Below are positions 41,611 through 51,337 of a DNA stretch of 54,725 nt, in pieces. Source of the stretch: Bacilli bacterium (GTDB lineage Bacteria > Bacillota_I > Bacilli_A > RFN20 > CAG-826); contig JAZRZI010000023.1 in assembly GCA_045601325.1 (NCBI GenBank), positions 1 through 54,725 on the forward strand. The letters run 5' to 3'. The notes beneath the pieces were generated by a model that searched no databases, was not told where the DNA came from, and saw only the letters and a program-made list of their open reading frames with translations. Each line of letters opens with the position of its first letter. Within the stretch, counting starts at the first letter, position 1. The position numbers were made by a program, and so were the translations under genes.

Positions 41611-42288
41611 TTAGTTTTGAATAGTCCAATCTATAGGACTTAATCCGTTATTCTTTAAATATTCATTTGCTAGTCTAAAATGGTTATTGCCAAACCATCC
41701 ACCTTGATTAGCGCTTAAAGGCGAAGGATGAACACACTCTAATATTAAATGATTAGGATTATGTAAATACTGTTTTAACTTTCTAGCTGGGCCACCCCAA
41801 AGTAAGTAGACAATAGGTTGTTGTTGAGCGTCGATGGTTTCCAAAACTTCCTTTAAGAACATGCGATATTCTTTAATATTATGGCTAAGTGCTTCATGCG
41901 CTTTAACAGATAATATAGAGTTTAAAAGTAACACGCCTTGACTCGCCCAGGCTGTTAAATCACCCGTGGAAAAGTCCATTTTTGCGTCATATTCTAATTG
42001 AATTTCTTTATAGATATTAACCAAAGAAGGTGGAACTTTAATACCTTTTGGAACAGAAAAAGATAAGCCCATTGCTTGTCCTGGTTCGTGATAAGGATCT
42101 TGCCCAACAATAACTACCTTAACGCTTGATAGAGGAGTAATTCTAAAAGCATTAAATAATAAATCTCTTGGCGGATAACAAACATGTTTAGAATATTCAT
42201 CATCTAAAAAAGATTTTAAAGATAAACAATAATCATCATTTTGAATGTTTTTGAAGAACTCGTTCCAACTAGTTATATTTTGCTTCAT
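41611..42288 (-). CDS. ung: Uracil-DNA glycosylase
   Basis: GQDPYH, PPSL.NI, GVLLLN and HPSPLS motifs. Confidence 0.97.
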   Translation of the reverse strand: MKQNITSWNEFFKNIQNDDYCLSLKSFLDDEYSKHVCYPPRDLLFNAFRITPLSSVKVVIVGQDPYHEPGQAMGLSFSVPKGIKVPPSLVNIYKEIQLEYDAKMDFSTGDLTAWASQGVLLLNSILSVKAHEALSHNIKEYRMFLKEVLETIDAQQQPIVYLLWGGPARKLKQYLHNPNHLILECVHPSPLSANQGGWFGNNHFRLANEYLKNNGLSPIDWTIQN

Positions 42289-42344
42289 AAGCAAATATTA
42301 ACATTTATATTAAAATCTTTAAAGTATCATAATATAATTATGTT

Positions 42345-43436
42345 ATGAAAATTCTATTTGTCTTTAATCATCCCGCTCCATACAAGGTGAGATTATTTAA
42401 TGAAATTGCAAAGTTGGTCGATTTAGATGTCATTTTTGAACGCACAAAAGCTAAAGATAGACCAGCTGATTTTTATAACTGCAATACATATGATTTTAAT
42501 GTCAAATTCTTAAAGAGAGGTTCTTTCGGAAATGAAAACTCTTTAACTAACGAATTAAAGAAAATTATCAAAAAAAGCTATCGAAACTACGATTTAATTA
42601 TTATGAATGGTTATAGCACACTCACAGAAATGAAAGCCATTAACTATATGAAGAAAAAGAATATTCCTTTTGCTTTATACATTAATGGTGGAGTAGTTAG
42701 AAAAGAAACGAAACTAAAAGCAAAAATCAAAAAACATTTTATTAGTTCCGCATTCACATACTTCTCTCCATGTATAGAAGCTGATGAATATCTAAAACAC
42801 TATGGAGTCAAAGAAGAGTTGATTCACCACTATCCTTATAGTACGTTTTATGAAAGGGAAATCGTTGGTGGACCAATATCAGACATAGAGAAAAATAGAA
42901 TTAGAGAAGAATTCAATTTGCCAAAAGGAAATCTCTATATTTCCGCAGGTCAATATATAGATAGAAAGAATAACCTACTTCTAATATCTTTATTTAAAGA
43001 TCTAAAAGATAAACAATTGGTCTTATTTGGCCAAGGCCCTTTAAAAGAAGCTTACTTAAAATATATTAATGAAAACAACATCACTAATGTTACTGTAAGA
43101 GAGTTTCTCAAAAAGAATGATCTATTCACAGTCATGAGCGCATGTGATTGCTTTGTCACATTATCTAAGGAAGACATTTACGGTCACACCACTACAGAAG
43201 CTATGGCGAATGGATTACCAGTTATCTCAAGCGACAGGGTTGTTTCCTCAAGACACTTAATTCAAAACGGCAAAAATGGATACATCGTTAGTTTAGATAA
43301 AGAGGAAGAAATCAAAAACGCAATCAATAGCATTAATACAAATATGATTTTTTCATCAATCTTAACTGCAAAAGAAAACACAATTGAAAAGACTGCTGAA
43401 GCACACGCAGAGATATTTAAGGACATAGTAAAATGA
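42345..43436 (+). CDS. Glycosyltransferase family 4
   Basis: PAPY...LFN and D.YG....EAMA.GLPVI motifs. Confidence 0.9.
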   Translation: MKILFVFNHPAPYKVRLFNEIAKLVDLDVIFERTKAKDRPADFYNCNTYDFNVKFLKRGSFGNENSLTNELKKIIKKSYRNYDLIIMNGYSTLTEMKAINYMKKKNIPFALYINGGVVRKETKLKAKIKKHFISSAFTYFSPCIEADEYLKHYGVKEELIHHYPYSTFYEREIVGGPISDIEKNRIREEFNLPKGNLYISAGQYIDRKNNLLLISLFKDLKDKQLVLFGQGPLKEAYLKYINENNITNVTVREFLKKNDLFTVMSACDCFVTLSKEDIYGHTTTEAMANGLPVISSDRVVSSRHLIQNGKNGYIVSLDKEEEIKNAINSINTNMIFSSILTAKENTIEKTAEAHAEIFKDIVK

Positions 43437-44581
43437 GAATAATTTATATCACTTCAGCATTAAATTCGAGTGATTTTTCCGAATTCCAAAAATCATGGAA
43501 AAAGCCTCTCAATCCTTCTAACCAAAATTTTCATAATAAATTGATTAGATCATTATCAAATTTTGCAGAAATTAATGTCATTTCATTAAGACCATATAAT
43601 AAATCTTTATGCTCATATAAGGATTTATCTTTTAAATCATTTAAAGAAGGAAATATTAACTGGAATTATTTGAAAGTTAATAAAAATAAATACATCCAAA
43701 TATTATCTTTTGATAATAACTCTTTAAAATTGGCTAAAAAGATGGTTAATAAAGAATCAATGATTCTTGTAGACACAATTAATCCAAAAACTATTAGAAT
43801 GGCTAATAATATAGCTAATAAATATAAATTACCAGTTATTGGTGTATTAACCGACTCACCATATAACATCACCGGAATTAACAAAGAATATGCAGATAAA
43901 ATTATTAACAACTGCTCAAATTTTAAAGGCTATATTTCACTCACAGATGAGTTAAATTTACTTTTTAATAAGTATCAAAATTCACATATCACATTAGAAG
44001 GAATCGTTGAAAACGATTCTAAGATTCTCTCTATTGATGATAATCGATATTTTTTCTTTGGTGGTGCAATGCTTGAAAGATATGGCGTTTATGAGTTAAT
44101 CAAAGCTTTTAAATCAATCAAAGAAAATGTCCAATTACTTATTTGCGGACATCATTATGATGAGGAAAAAATATTCTCCGCCATTGGTGAAGACAAAAGA
44201 ATTAAGTTTTTAGGAATATTACCTGTTGAACAAGTAATTGAATTAGAATCTCACGCATTAGCATGCATAAATCCACGTCCGTACAGCGAAGAATTAGATA
44301 AATTATCTATTCCAAGCAAAACATTAGAATATTTAGCGTCATGTTCCTTAACTATTTCCGCTAAAAACACAAAACTTCATGCATATTTTAAAGACAACAT
44401 CATCTGGGCGGATAATGGAGACGAAAAAGGCTTAAAAGAAGCAATGGAAAAAGTCCTCAAATTTAATGATGAGGAAATAAAAAACCTTGCCTCTAAATCT
44501 CAAAGCAAGGTCATCGAATTATTTTCAATTAATTCAGTTAGTAAGAAACTAGAACCATTCTTATCTCAATTTTTGAAGTAG
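43433..44581 (+). CDS. Glycosyltransferase (GT-B/GT4-like)
   Basis: INPRP...PSKTLEYLAS motif. Confidence 0.85.
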   Translation: MRIIYITSALNSSDFSEFQKSWKKPLNPSNQNFHNKLIRSLSNFAEINVISLRPYNKSLCSYKDLSFKSFKEGNINWNYLKVNKNKYIQILSFDNNSLKLAKKMVNKESMILVDTINPKTIRMANNIANKYKLPVIGVLTDSPYNITGINKEYADKIINNCSNFKGYISLTDELNLLFNKYQNSHITLEGIVENDSKILSIDDNRYFFFGGAMLERYGVYELIKAFKSIKENVQLLICGHHYDEEKIFSAIGEDKRIKFLGILPVEQVIELESHALACINPRPYSEELDKLSIPSKTLEYLASCSLTISAKNTKLHAYFKDNIIWADNGDEKGLKEAMEKVLKFNDEEIKNLASKSQSKVIELFSINSVSKKLEPFLSQFLK

Positions 44582-45751
44582 CTCGTTTTCTATTTCTTTA
44601 GAAATAGTATCTAAAGAGAAATGATTCTTATAATAGATTAGGTTGTTGGATCCTAATCTTTTTAATTGCTCTTTTGGCATGCTTGAAATGGTGACTATCG
44701 AATTAGATAATGATTCGACATTTTCTAAAGCTATAACACCCCCATCGGATTTAACTAAAACTTCTTTTCCATCACCACCAAGCATTGCTAGAATTGGTTT
44801 TTCGAAAGCCATAGACATCACTAATTTATTTGGAATTGTTTTTCCAACATAACCTTCGCCTTTAAGAGAAACGTATAATGCATCAGCGCTCTTAAAATAT
44901 GCAGCAGCTTTCTTTGCAGGGATAGGTCCATAATATTTAACACTATCTTCTAATCCATATTCTTTAATTAGTTTAACAAGATTATCAGACTTAGGACCCA
45001 TACCAATAATATGGAATCGAATCTTTTTATCTTTTAAGGTTTTCATTGCATCTGGAATCATTTCAATGTTTTGTATTGTTCCTAAATTGCCACAGTACAA
45101 AATATTGAAGTAATCTTTATCAAATTCAAATGGTTCAGCATCGCTAGATTCAACTAAGCTTGGTTGAGGAACAAATTTTCTTTGAATATCAGGTAGACTT
45201 AAAACATCAGTAAAATACTGTTCATATGAAGGTGAACCAATGAGAATTTCATCAGTGTTTTTATATAAACCCCTACTCCACTTGTATAGTATTTTGTAGG
45301 TTAATGATTTTTTCTTGACTGCGTGTGTAATTAATACCGACTCAGGCCATAAGTCAACACAGTGAACAACATGAGGAACATGATGTTTCTTTTTGTACTT
45401 GTTTCCAGCGGATAAAATTGTCACTGGAGATAATGACATAGAGTACACAATATCGAAGTTTTCCTTGCATTTCCTCACCCATTTCTTTGAATTTGACCAG
45501 AAAGACAAGTAATTTCTAACGATGGAAATACGAGATTTTTTACGAGCAATCAACTTAACTCTGTGTATTTTAACACCATTTATTTCTTGCTCTTTTATAT
45601 GCTTATATTCAGGGATAATTTCCCCATAGCCATAGTTTGGTTTGCCAGTTAAAACATCCACTTCATGACCATATGATGCAAGCTTTTCTGCTATATTAGT
45701 GATAACGAAGTTTTCAGGATAATAAAATTGGCAAACAATTAAAATCTTCAT
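44561..45751 (-). CDS. Glycosyltransferase family 4 (WbuB-like)
   Basis: CQFYYPENF, TGKPNY, DLWPES, Y.GNLG..Q and TIP.K motifs. Confidence 0.9.
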   Translation of the reverse strand: MKILIVCQFYYPENFVITNIAEKLASYGHEVDVLTGKPNYGYGEIIPEYKHIKEQEINGVKIHRVKLIARKKSRISIVRNYLSFWSNSKKWVRKCKENFDIVYSMSLSPVTILSAGNKYKKKHHVPHVVHCVDLWPESVLITHAVKKKSLTYKILYKWSRGLYKNTDEILIGSPSYEQYFTDVLSLPDIQRKFVPQPSLVESSDAEPFEFDKDYFNILYCGNLGTIQNIEMIPDAMKTLKDKKIRFHIIGMGPKSDNLVKLIKEYGLEDSVKYYGPIPAKKAAAYFKSADALYVSLKGEGYVGKTIPNKLVMSMAFEKPILAMLGGDGKEVLVKSDGGVIALENVESLSNSIVTISSMPKEQLKRLGSNNLIYYKNHFSLDTISKEIENELLQKLR

Positions 45752-45846
45752 ACAACAAAATTATACAAAAAATTCTTATAAATGTATTCTTTAAATTGAA
45801 ATGCTTTGTATTTCAAAAAAATGAATATAATCGTATAATCATTATT

Positions 45847-47370
45847 ATGCACAACAATATTAGAACAAATGTCATTGTTAATATCATTAGAACTGTAGTT
45901 TTAACGTTCTTATCATTTATTACATTCCCTTGGGTTTGTAGATATTTGGGTGATTCCGCAGTTGGAACATACACTTGGTGCAATACCTTTGTAGCATATT
46001 TCCTTATACTTGCAAAAATAGGTATTCCTAATCTTGCGGTGAGAGAATGTGTAAGTGTAAGAGATAATAAGGAAGCTTTATCTAATAAAGTACAAGCTTT
46101 CTTCTTATTACAACTTATATCTACACTAATATCCTTTGGATTAATGACTAGTGTGGTATTTACTGTTCCAGCACTTAGAGAGTCTAGCTCTTTAATATTT
46201 ATTCTTGCGTTAAACTTCTTAACCGGCGCTTTCTCTTTTGAGTGGATATTTATAGCGTTAGAGAAACAATTCTATATGTCAGTTAGATCAATAGTGACAT
46301 TAACATTATCCGCAATATTAATAATTGGTTTTATTAAAACACCTTCCGATGTTTATATTTACGCACTTGTGTGTATCTTGGTCACAGTGATAACAACAAT
46401 ATGTAACGTATATTATGTTAGAAAGTTTGTTTCATTTAAGAAAACTATGCCTTATGACTTAAAACAATACGCAAAACCTTTGTTAATTCTATGTTCTTTA
46501 TCTTTAATTATTTCTTTCTATAACCAAACAGATACATTCATCTTAGGCTTTATAGACGTAAGCAAAAAAGAGGTTGCTAGCTATTCAGTTGGTATCAAAG
46601 GTATTGATGTTATCATAGGTATTACAACAGCTTTATCTACTGTATTTATCCCAAGAGCAGCATTCTATTATTCCAAAGAAGATAAACGCTTCTTTAATAA
46701 CTTAAACAAATATTCGATTAATATTTCCTTATTTATCGTATTGCCTGCAATTGTAACAATGTGTGTATTAGCAAAACCAATATGTGGTTTGATTTCTGGT
46801 ACATATGATTTCTCTGATCCTAGCAGTGGCTATCTTTCTTCGCCATATATCTTAATGATACTTGCATCTATGATGCTCACATATACATTAGGGGATATCA
46901 TATATGGCCAAATCCTTTTACCAATGAAGAAAGAGAAATACTATCTATTAACTATGTTATTAGGTACAGTTCAAAATATTATCTTATCCATTATCTTAGG
47001 TAAATTTGTATTCCCTAATAATCCTGCAATTGGGGTCGCTATAGGAACTTCTATTACAGACTTGATTATTTTAGTGATTTTATTAACAATGACCAAGAAA
47101 TGGACTAAAAACGCTATTTTTAATAAAAATACAATTAAACTTCTTGCTGCTAACATCATTTTAGCTGCTATTTCAGTTGGGATATATGAATTATTAGCAA
47201 GAACATCACTATTATCATCTTTAGACATTGCAATGCAATTCGTCATAGAGATGTTAGCGGTAGTTGTCATAGGCGCAATCGTATACATAGGCGCATGCTT
47301 AATAATGAAAGAAGACTTAGTGTATTCATTTGTGAGAAAGAGAAAAGAAAAACAATCTTATGCCGAATAA
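45847..47370 (+). CDS. Wzx-type oligosaccharide flippase
   Basis: ITFP.V.R.LG, YF...A..GIP..A.RE and VFIPR motifs; about 14 TM; likely start ATG 45847. Confidence 0.9.
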   Translation: MHNNIRTNVIVNIIRTVVLTFLSFITFPWVCRYLGDSAVGTYTWCNTFVAYFLILAKIGIPNLAVRECVSVRDNKEALSNKVQAFFLLQLISTLISFGLMTSVVFTVPALRESSSLIFILALNFLTGAFSFEWIFIALEKQFYMSVRSIVTLTLSAILIIGFIKTPSDVYIYALVCILVTVITTICNVYYVRKFVSFKKTMPYDLKQYAKPLLILCSLSLIISFYNQTDTFILGFIDVSKKEVASYSVGIKGIDVIIGITTALSTVFIPRAAFYYSKEDKRFFNNLNKYSINISLFIVLPAIVTMCVLAKPICGLISGTYDFSDPSSGYLSSPYILMILASMMLTYTLGDIIYGQILLPMKKEKYYLLTMLLGTVQNIILSIILGKFVFPNNPAIGVAIGTSITDLIILVILLTMTKKWTKNAIFNKNTIKLLAANIILAAISVGIYELLARTSLLSSLDIAMQFVIEMLAVVVIGAIVYIGACLIMKEDLVYSFVRKRKEKQSYAE

Positions 47371-48274
47371 AAATTTAAAAGAAAATAAATTAAAAAGAAT
47401 GTTGGTGTTACCTTTTAGAAATATTGTTAAGGGTATCTCTAAAACATGGTATGTGAAAAGCCAATACAAATACATCACACATCATAAGTGCGATTTAAAG
47501 AATCCAACTAGATATACAGAAAAGCTTCAATATCTTAGATTGTTCGTGTACCCAAAAGATCCACTTGTGTGTCAATGCGCTGGTAGAGTGGGTGTAAGAG
47601 AATATGTTAAAAAACGCGGATTCTGCGATAAATTAATTCCAATATACGGAATATTTGATAAATTCGATGACATTGATTTTGATAAGTTACCAGACAAGTT
47701 TGTAATGAAGTGCAGTCATGCATCTGGTTTTAATTATATTTGTAGAAATAAAAACGAAGTCAATAAAGAAGAATTAAAAAAGAAATTCGATAAGTGGCTT
47801 AAAACTAACTATGGTAAAAAGACTTGTGAGATGCATTACACAACTATCAAGCCTCAAATCATTATCGAAAAGCTATTAGAGGAAGATGGAAAATTACCAA
47901 CTGAATATAAGTTACATATATTTAATGGAAAAGCCCGTTCTATGTATGTAGTTACCTCCAGAGGTATTGATATTAGATACAATAACTATTACATCGACTG
48001 GACTCCATTTGATGGCAGTCAATTCAACGGCTGGAAGAAAACTGATTACCCGCTTAATAAACCAGATCATTTTGATGATATGGTCGAGATGGCAGAAATA
48101 TTATGCAAACCATTCCCATTTGTGAGATGTGATTTATATAACATAAACGGGAAGATATATTTCTCAGAAATGACATTTACACCTGCAAAAGGCACACTCA
48201 TATTAGATGATGACAAGTGCGACTTTGAGATGGGCAAATGGTTAGATATCAAAAAATATATTAATGCCAAATAG
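47360..48274 (+). CDS. TupA-like ATP-grasp protein
   Basis: LKNP....EKLQ, LPDKFVMK..H.SG, PFVRCDLY and FSEMTFTP motifs. Confidence 0.9.
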   Translation: MPNKNLKENKLKRMLVLPFRNIVKGISKTWYVKSQYKYITHHKCDLKNPTRYTEKLQYLRLFVYPKDPLVCQCAGRVGVREYVKKRGFCDKLIPIYGIFDKFDDIDFDKLPDKFVMKCSHASGFNYICRNKNEVNKEELKKKFDKWLKTNYGKKTCEMHYTTIKPQIIIEKLLEEDGKLPTEYKLHIFNGKARSMYVVTSRGIDIRYNNYYIDWTPFDGSQFNGWKKTDYPLNKPDHFDDMVEMAEILCKPFPFVRCDLYNINGKIYFSEMTFTPAKGTLILDDDKCDFEMGKWLDIKKYINAK

Positions 48275-49172
48275 AATCAGGCATAACGATTTCGTAAAGT
48301 AATAATGAATGGTGAAGAGGTCTATTTTTGAACTCTTCTTTTTCATTTAAATTATCTAAAACAGAATCGCTGATTAATCTATATTCAAAAGATATACCAG
48401 CGCATCTATCGATATTAATTCCATTATTTAGTTCAAATCCAAAAAACAAATAGTCATGTTTTCTATTTGCGTCACCAGTATTAGTTGGAACATCTAGTTC
48501 ATAACTCACAGGTAAACGAGTGTATCCTAAATCGTTCTTTAAAAAGAAGTTAATAATTAATTCAACTTTAGAAATATGGCTAGGAATTGGAGGGATTTCT
48601 TGGTCAGTTCTTCTAAACTCAATAGAACCTTTTAAATTAACACCGAAGTATTTATTATCACCATTAAGGCTATATTCTTTGTTAAACAAACAACCAAAAC
48701 CATTCTCATCTATTTGCACACGAGCGTGTTCAAAGTCGCCATTGCAGAAGAATTGTCCATCGAATAATTTAGACACATATCCATATCTAAATGTTTCTTC
48801 GTCTTTTGCAAGGCACACACTTGGGCCATAATTAGCTTCGGTTATTTCTTCTGGTTTATAAGAATCTCTATCGTATTCATATATACATGATTCATGTCTA
48901 ATAGAATCTAAGTATAAGAAATTATCATCATCATAAGATGTGAAAACTTTGTTTGTAGATTTATTTAATTCGATTGTTTCTTCATTAATGTTACTAACTT
49001 TGCAATTTTCAGAATGGTAATTAATGTCATTATTCCAAACTTGATAATAGTTTTTCATAAAGTCTACAGAGTTATATTCATCCCCACGATATGTTTCCTT
49101 TAAGGAATATCCACATGCGGTTAAAAAGAAAACACCACAAAGAGAAAACACTTTAGATAGTTTCGATTTCAT
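48261..49172 (-). CDS. Hypothetical lipoprotein
   Basis: Lipobox LTAC. Confidence 0.7.
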   Translation of the reverse strand: MKSKLSKVFSLCGVFFLTACGYSLKETYRGDEYNSVDFMKNYYQVWNNDINYHSENCKVSNINEETIELNKSTNKVFTSYDDDNFLYLDSIRHESCIYEYDRDSYKPEEITEANYGPSVCLAKDEETFRYGYVSKLFDGQFFCNGDFEHARVQIDENGFGCLFNKEYSLNGDNKYFGVNLKGSIEFRRTDQEIPPIPSHISKVELIINFFLKNDLGYTRLPVSYELDVPTNTGDANRKHDYLFFGFELNNGINIDRCAGISFEYRLISDSVLDNLNEKEEFKNRPLHHSLLLYEIVMPDSIWH

Positions 49173-50574
49173 TTACGATTTCCTCCTTATTTTCTTCTTG
49201 AATAATAGCTTTATTAGATTTAGAGAATGCATAACTAAATAAGAATATAACCACCATAAAGGCACCACTTAAATACATTGGAATTGTATCTGAAGAGAAG
49301 ATATATGGATTGTTATCAAAGTTAATAAGTGTGTAAGAGAAGAACGTTAATATGAAGCCGATAATTGTGATCTTTTCTTTAATTGAATCATCACTATTTT
49401 TGTAATACATAAATAGTCTTCTAAATCCAATTACAAACGCTAAGATAAAGAATAAAGAACCAAATACGCCAGAGAACATAAAGTTATCAAATAAGAATGA
49501 ACCAGAGGCATAAACACCATTAGGATAGTTATAATATTGGTTCTTTCCAAAGTGTGGAAATCCAAATAACTTGTCACCAAATATACCATCTACAATCGCA
49601 TTATATTTGCTGATTAAAGCGTTTGAGTTAAATAATCTATCTAATAAAGCACTCTTTTTGATTAAGTTTCTAATAGTTAAACAAATTCCACCCTTATCTA
49701 ACTGAGCGTTCAAAATCATGATGATAAAGGCTATTACAAATAACACTCCAAAGATAATCATCACTAATTTAAGTGGTTTACCTTTCCAGTGTAACTTCAC
49801 AAATAAGATTGTGATTAATAACGTAACAAAGATAAGCAAATCAGTTAATAATGTGAATTTATTAATTGTGAATAATAGCGAAAGACCACCTAATAAAACA
49901 AAGCAAAGATAAGCGATGAATTCTTTTTTATTTTCTTTAGGGCTTGTCCATAACATAGGAACAATCGCACTGATAAGAAGAGATGGGAACAATGAGAAAT
50001 ATGTGACGGATACTTCGCTGATATTAAAACCAATAAGAGAAAACGCCATATCGCTGACAGGGGATTCGCTTGGTTTGCCATAGTAATAAATGTATCTGCC
50101 GCGATAATTAATCGTATAGAATGGCTCAAATTGAATCATTGTGATAATGAGGTTCACTAATGTTATTGCCGCTAAAGCGGAATAAATAACCAACATCATC
50201 GTTCTAACGTTAAATGTTTTAATCTTGCCAGAGAAATAGCCACACGCTGCAATCGCAGCTAAACCAAATGGAACAATAAATCTAACAGGTCCCATTAAGA
50301 TGAATGTTGGATCGATAACGAAGTTAGATAGGACGCTTAATAAACCATATATCATTAAAGGAAATAAGAAGAAGGAAAAAGAAGCAAAGCCATCTTTATC
50401 GAATTCTTTTATAGTCACAACAATAGTTAAAACTAATAAGACAAAAGATAATATCGAATAAAAGATAAAAGAGTTCCCTAAAGAGAAAGCGATAATCGCT
50501 AAAACTTCCAATGCAAAAAATCCTACGACTTTCGCGTAACTAGAAAAATCAAATTTCTTTTTTGAATTTGTCAT
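49153..50574 (-). CDS. Polytopic membrane protein, possibly Wzy/O-antigen-ligase-like
   Basis: About 12 TM with a late extracytoplasmic loop (LFG...S..FD....G.FG); adjacent to the glycan locus. Confidence 0.5.
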   Translation of the reverse strand: MTNSKKKFDFSSYAKVVGFFALEVLAIIAFSLGNSFIFYSILSFVLLVLTIVVTIKEFDKDGFASFSFFLFPLMIYGLLSVLSNFVIDPTFILMGPVRFIVPFGLAAIAACGYFSGKIKTFNVRTMMLVIYSALAAITLVNLIITMIQFEPFYTINYRGRYIYYYGKPSESPVSDMAFSLIGFNISEVSVTYFSLFPSLLISAIVPMLWTSPKENKKEFIAYLCFVLLGGLSLLFTINKFTLLTDLLIFVTLLITILFVKLHWKGKPLKLVMIIFGVLFVIAFIIMILNAQLDKGGICLTIRNLIKKSALLDRLFNSNALISKYNAIVDGIFGDKLFGFPHFGKNQYYNYPNGVYASGSFLFDNFMFSGVFGSLFFILAFVIGFRRLFMYYKNSDDSIKEKITIIGFILTFFSYTLINFDNNPYIFSSDTIPMYLSGAFMVVIFLFSYAFSKSNKAIIQEENKEEIVNEIETI

Positions 50575-50613
50575 ATTTATAGTTTAGAGTTTTATTTTTA
50601 ATAAATAAAGAGA

Positions 50614-51336
50614 TTAATAAATATCAGTCCACTCTGTATCGCCCCAATAAGCGATAAGTTCAATAGTATCACTATTAGAATCAATGTTCCAAACACCACT
50701 TAAACTAACACTATCTTCACCATATTTCCAAGTATCAAACATATATTCATCATGAATAGGTTCTTCAAGTGAATATGGTTGATCATATGTCACAGTGATA
50801 ATGCTATTAGAAATAGTTCCACCATTAGGATTTAAGTTAACAGTGAATGTTTTAGCGATACTAACTGCGTGAACAGTAATATTTTCAGTGATATTTGTGA
50901 AGTCAGTTCTATCCCAACTTACGTTATAACCAGTTTTGCTTGTTGGATTAGGAATATTAGTTAAATCATCTCCAACACTGACATATCTAAAAATAGAGTT
51001 TTCATCAGTATCAATAAATGTCACAGTGACAGTATTTTCAAGAGTGAAATATGCAGGATGAGTTTCATCAATTCCGCCGGTCATATTGATAGGATCATTA
51101 TCCACAAAGCTACCTACAGTTGGAACTTCTAAAAATACTTCATGACATTTACAACACACCCAGAACTCATAATGTCCAGGACATGATTCGCTAGGCATAG
51201 CCATTTCGTAATGATAACCAACATGGTCACAATCTTGACCATTGAGTTTTGCTATTTGATTCATTTTAGTGAATGAAACTGCAGTAACTGCGAATAACAC
51301 AACACCAAATAATGGAATAATCTTATTCTTTTTCAT
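50614..51336 (-). CDS. Secreted protein with a Cys/His motif and InlB B-repeats
   Basis: HY...PS..CPGH.EFW.CCKC; P..KTGY...W; V.LNPNGG...VTYD.PY.L. Confidence 0.7.
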   Translation of the reverse strand: MKKNKIIPLFGVVLFAVTAVSFTKMNQIAKLNGQDCDHVGYHYEMAMPSESCPGHYEFWVCCKCHEVFLEVPTVGSFVDNDPINMTGGIDETHPAYFTLENTVTVTFIDTDENSIFRYVSVGDDLTNIPNPTSKTGYNVSWDRTDFTNITENITVHAVSIAKTFTVNLNPNGGTISNSIITVTYDQPYSLEEPIHDEYMFDTWKYGEDSVSLSGVWNIDSNSDTIELIAYWGDTEWTDIY

Positions 51337-51337
51337 A

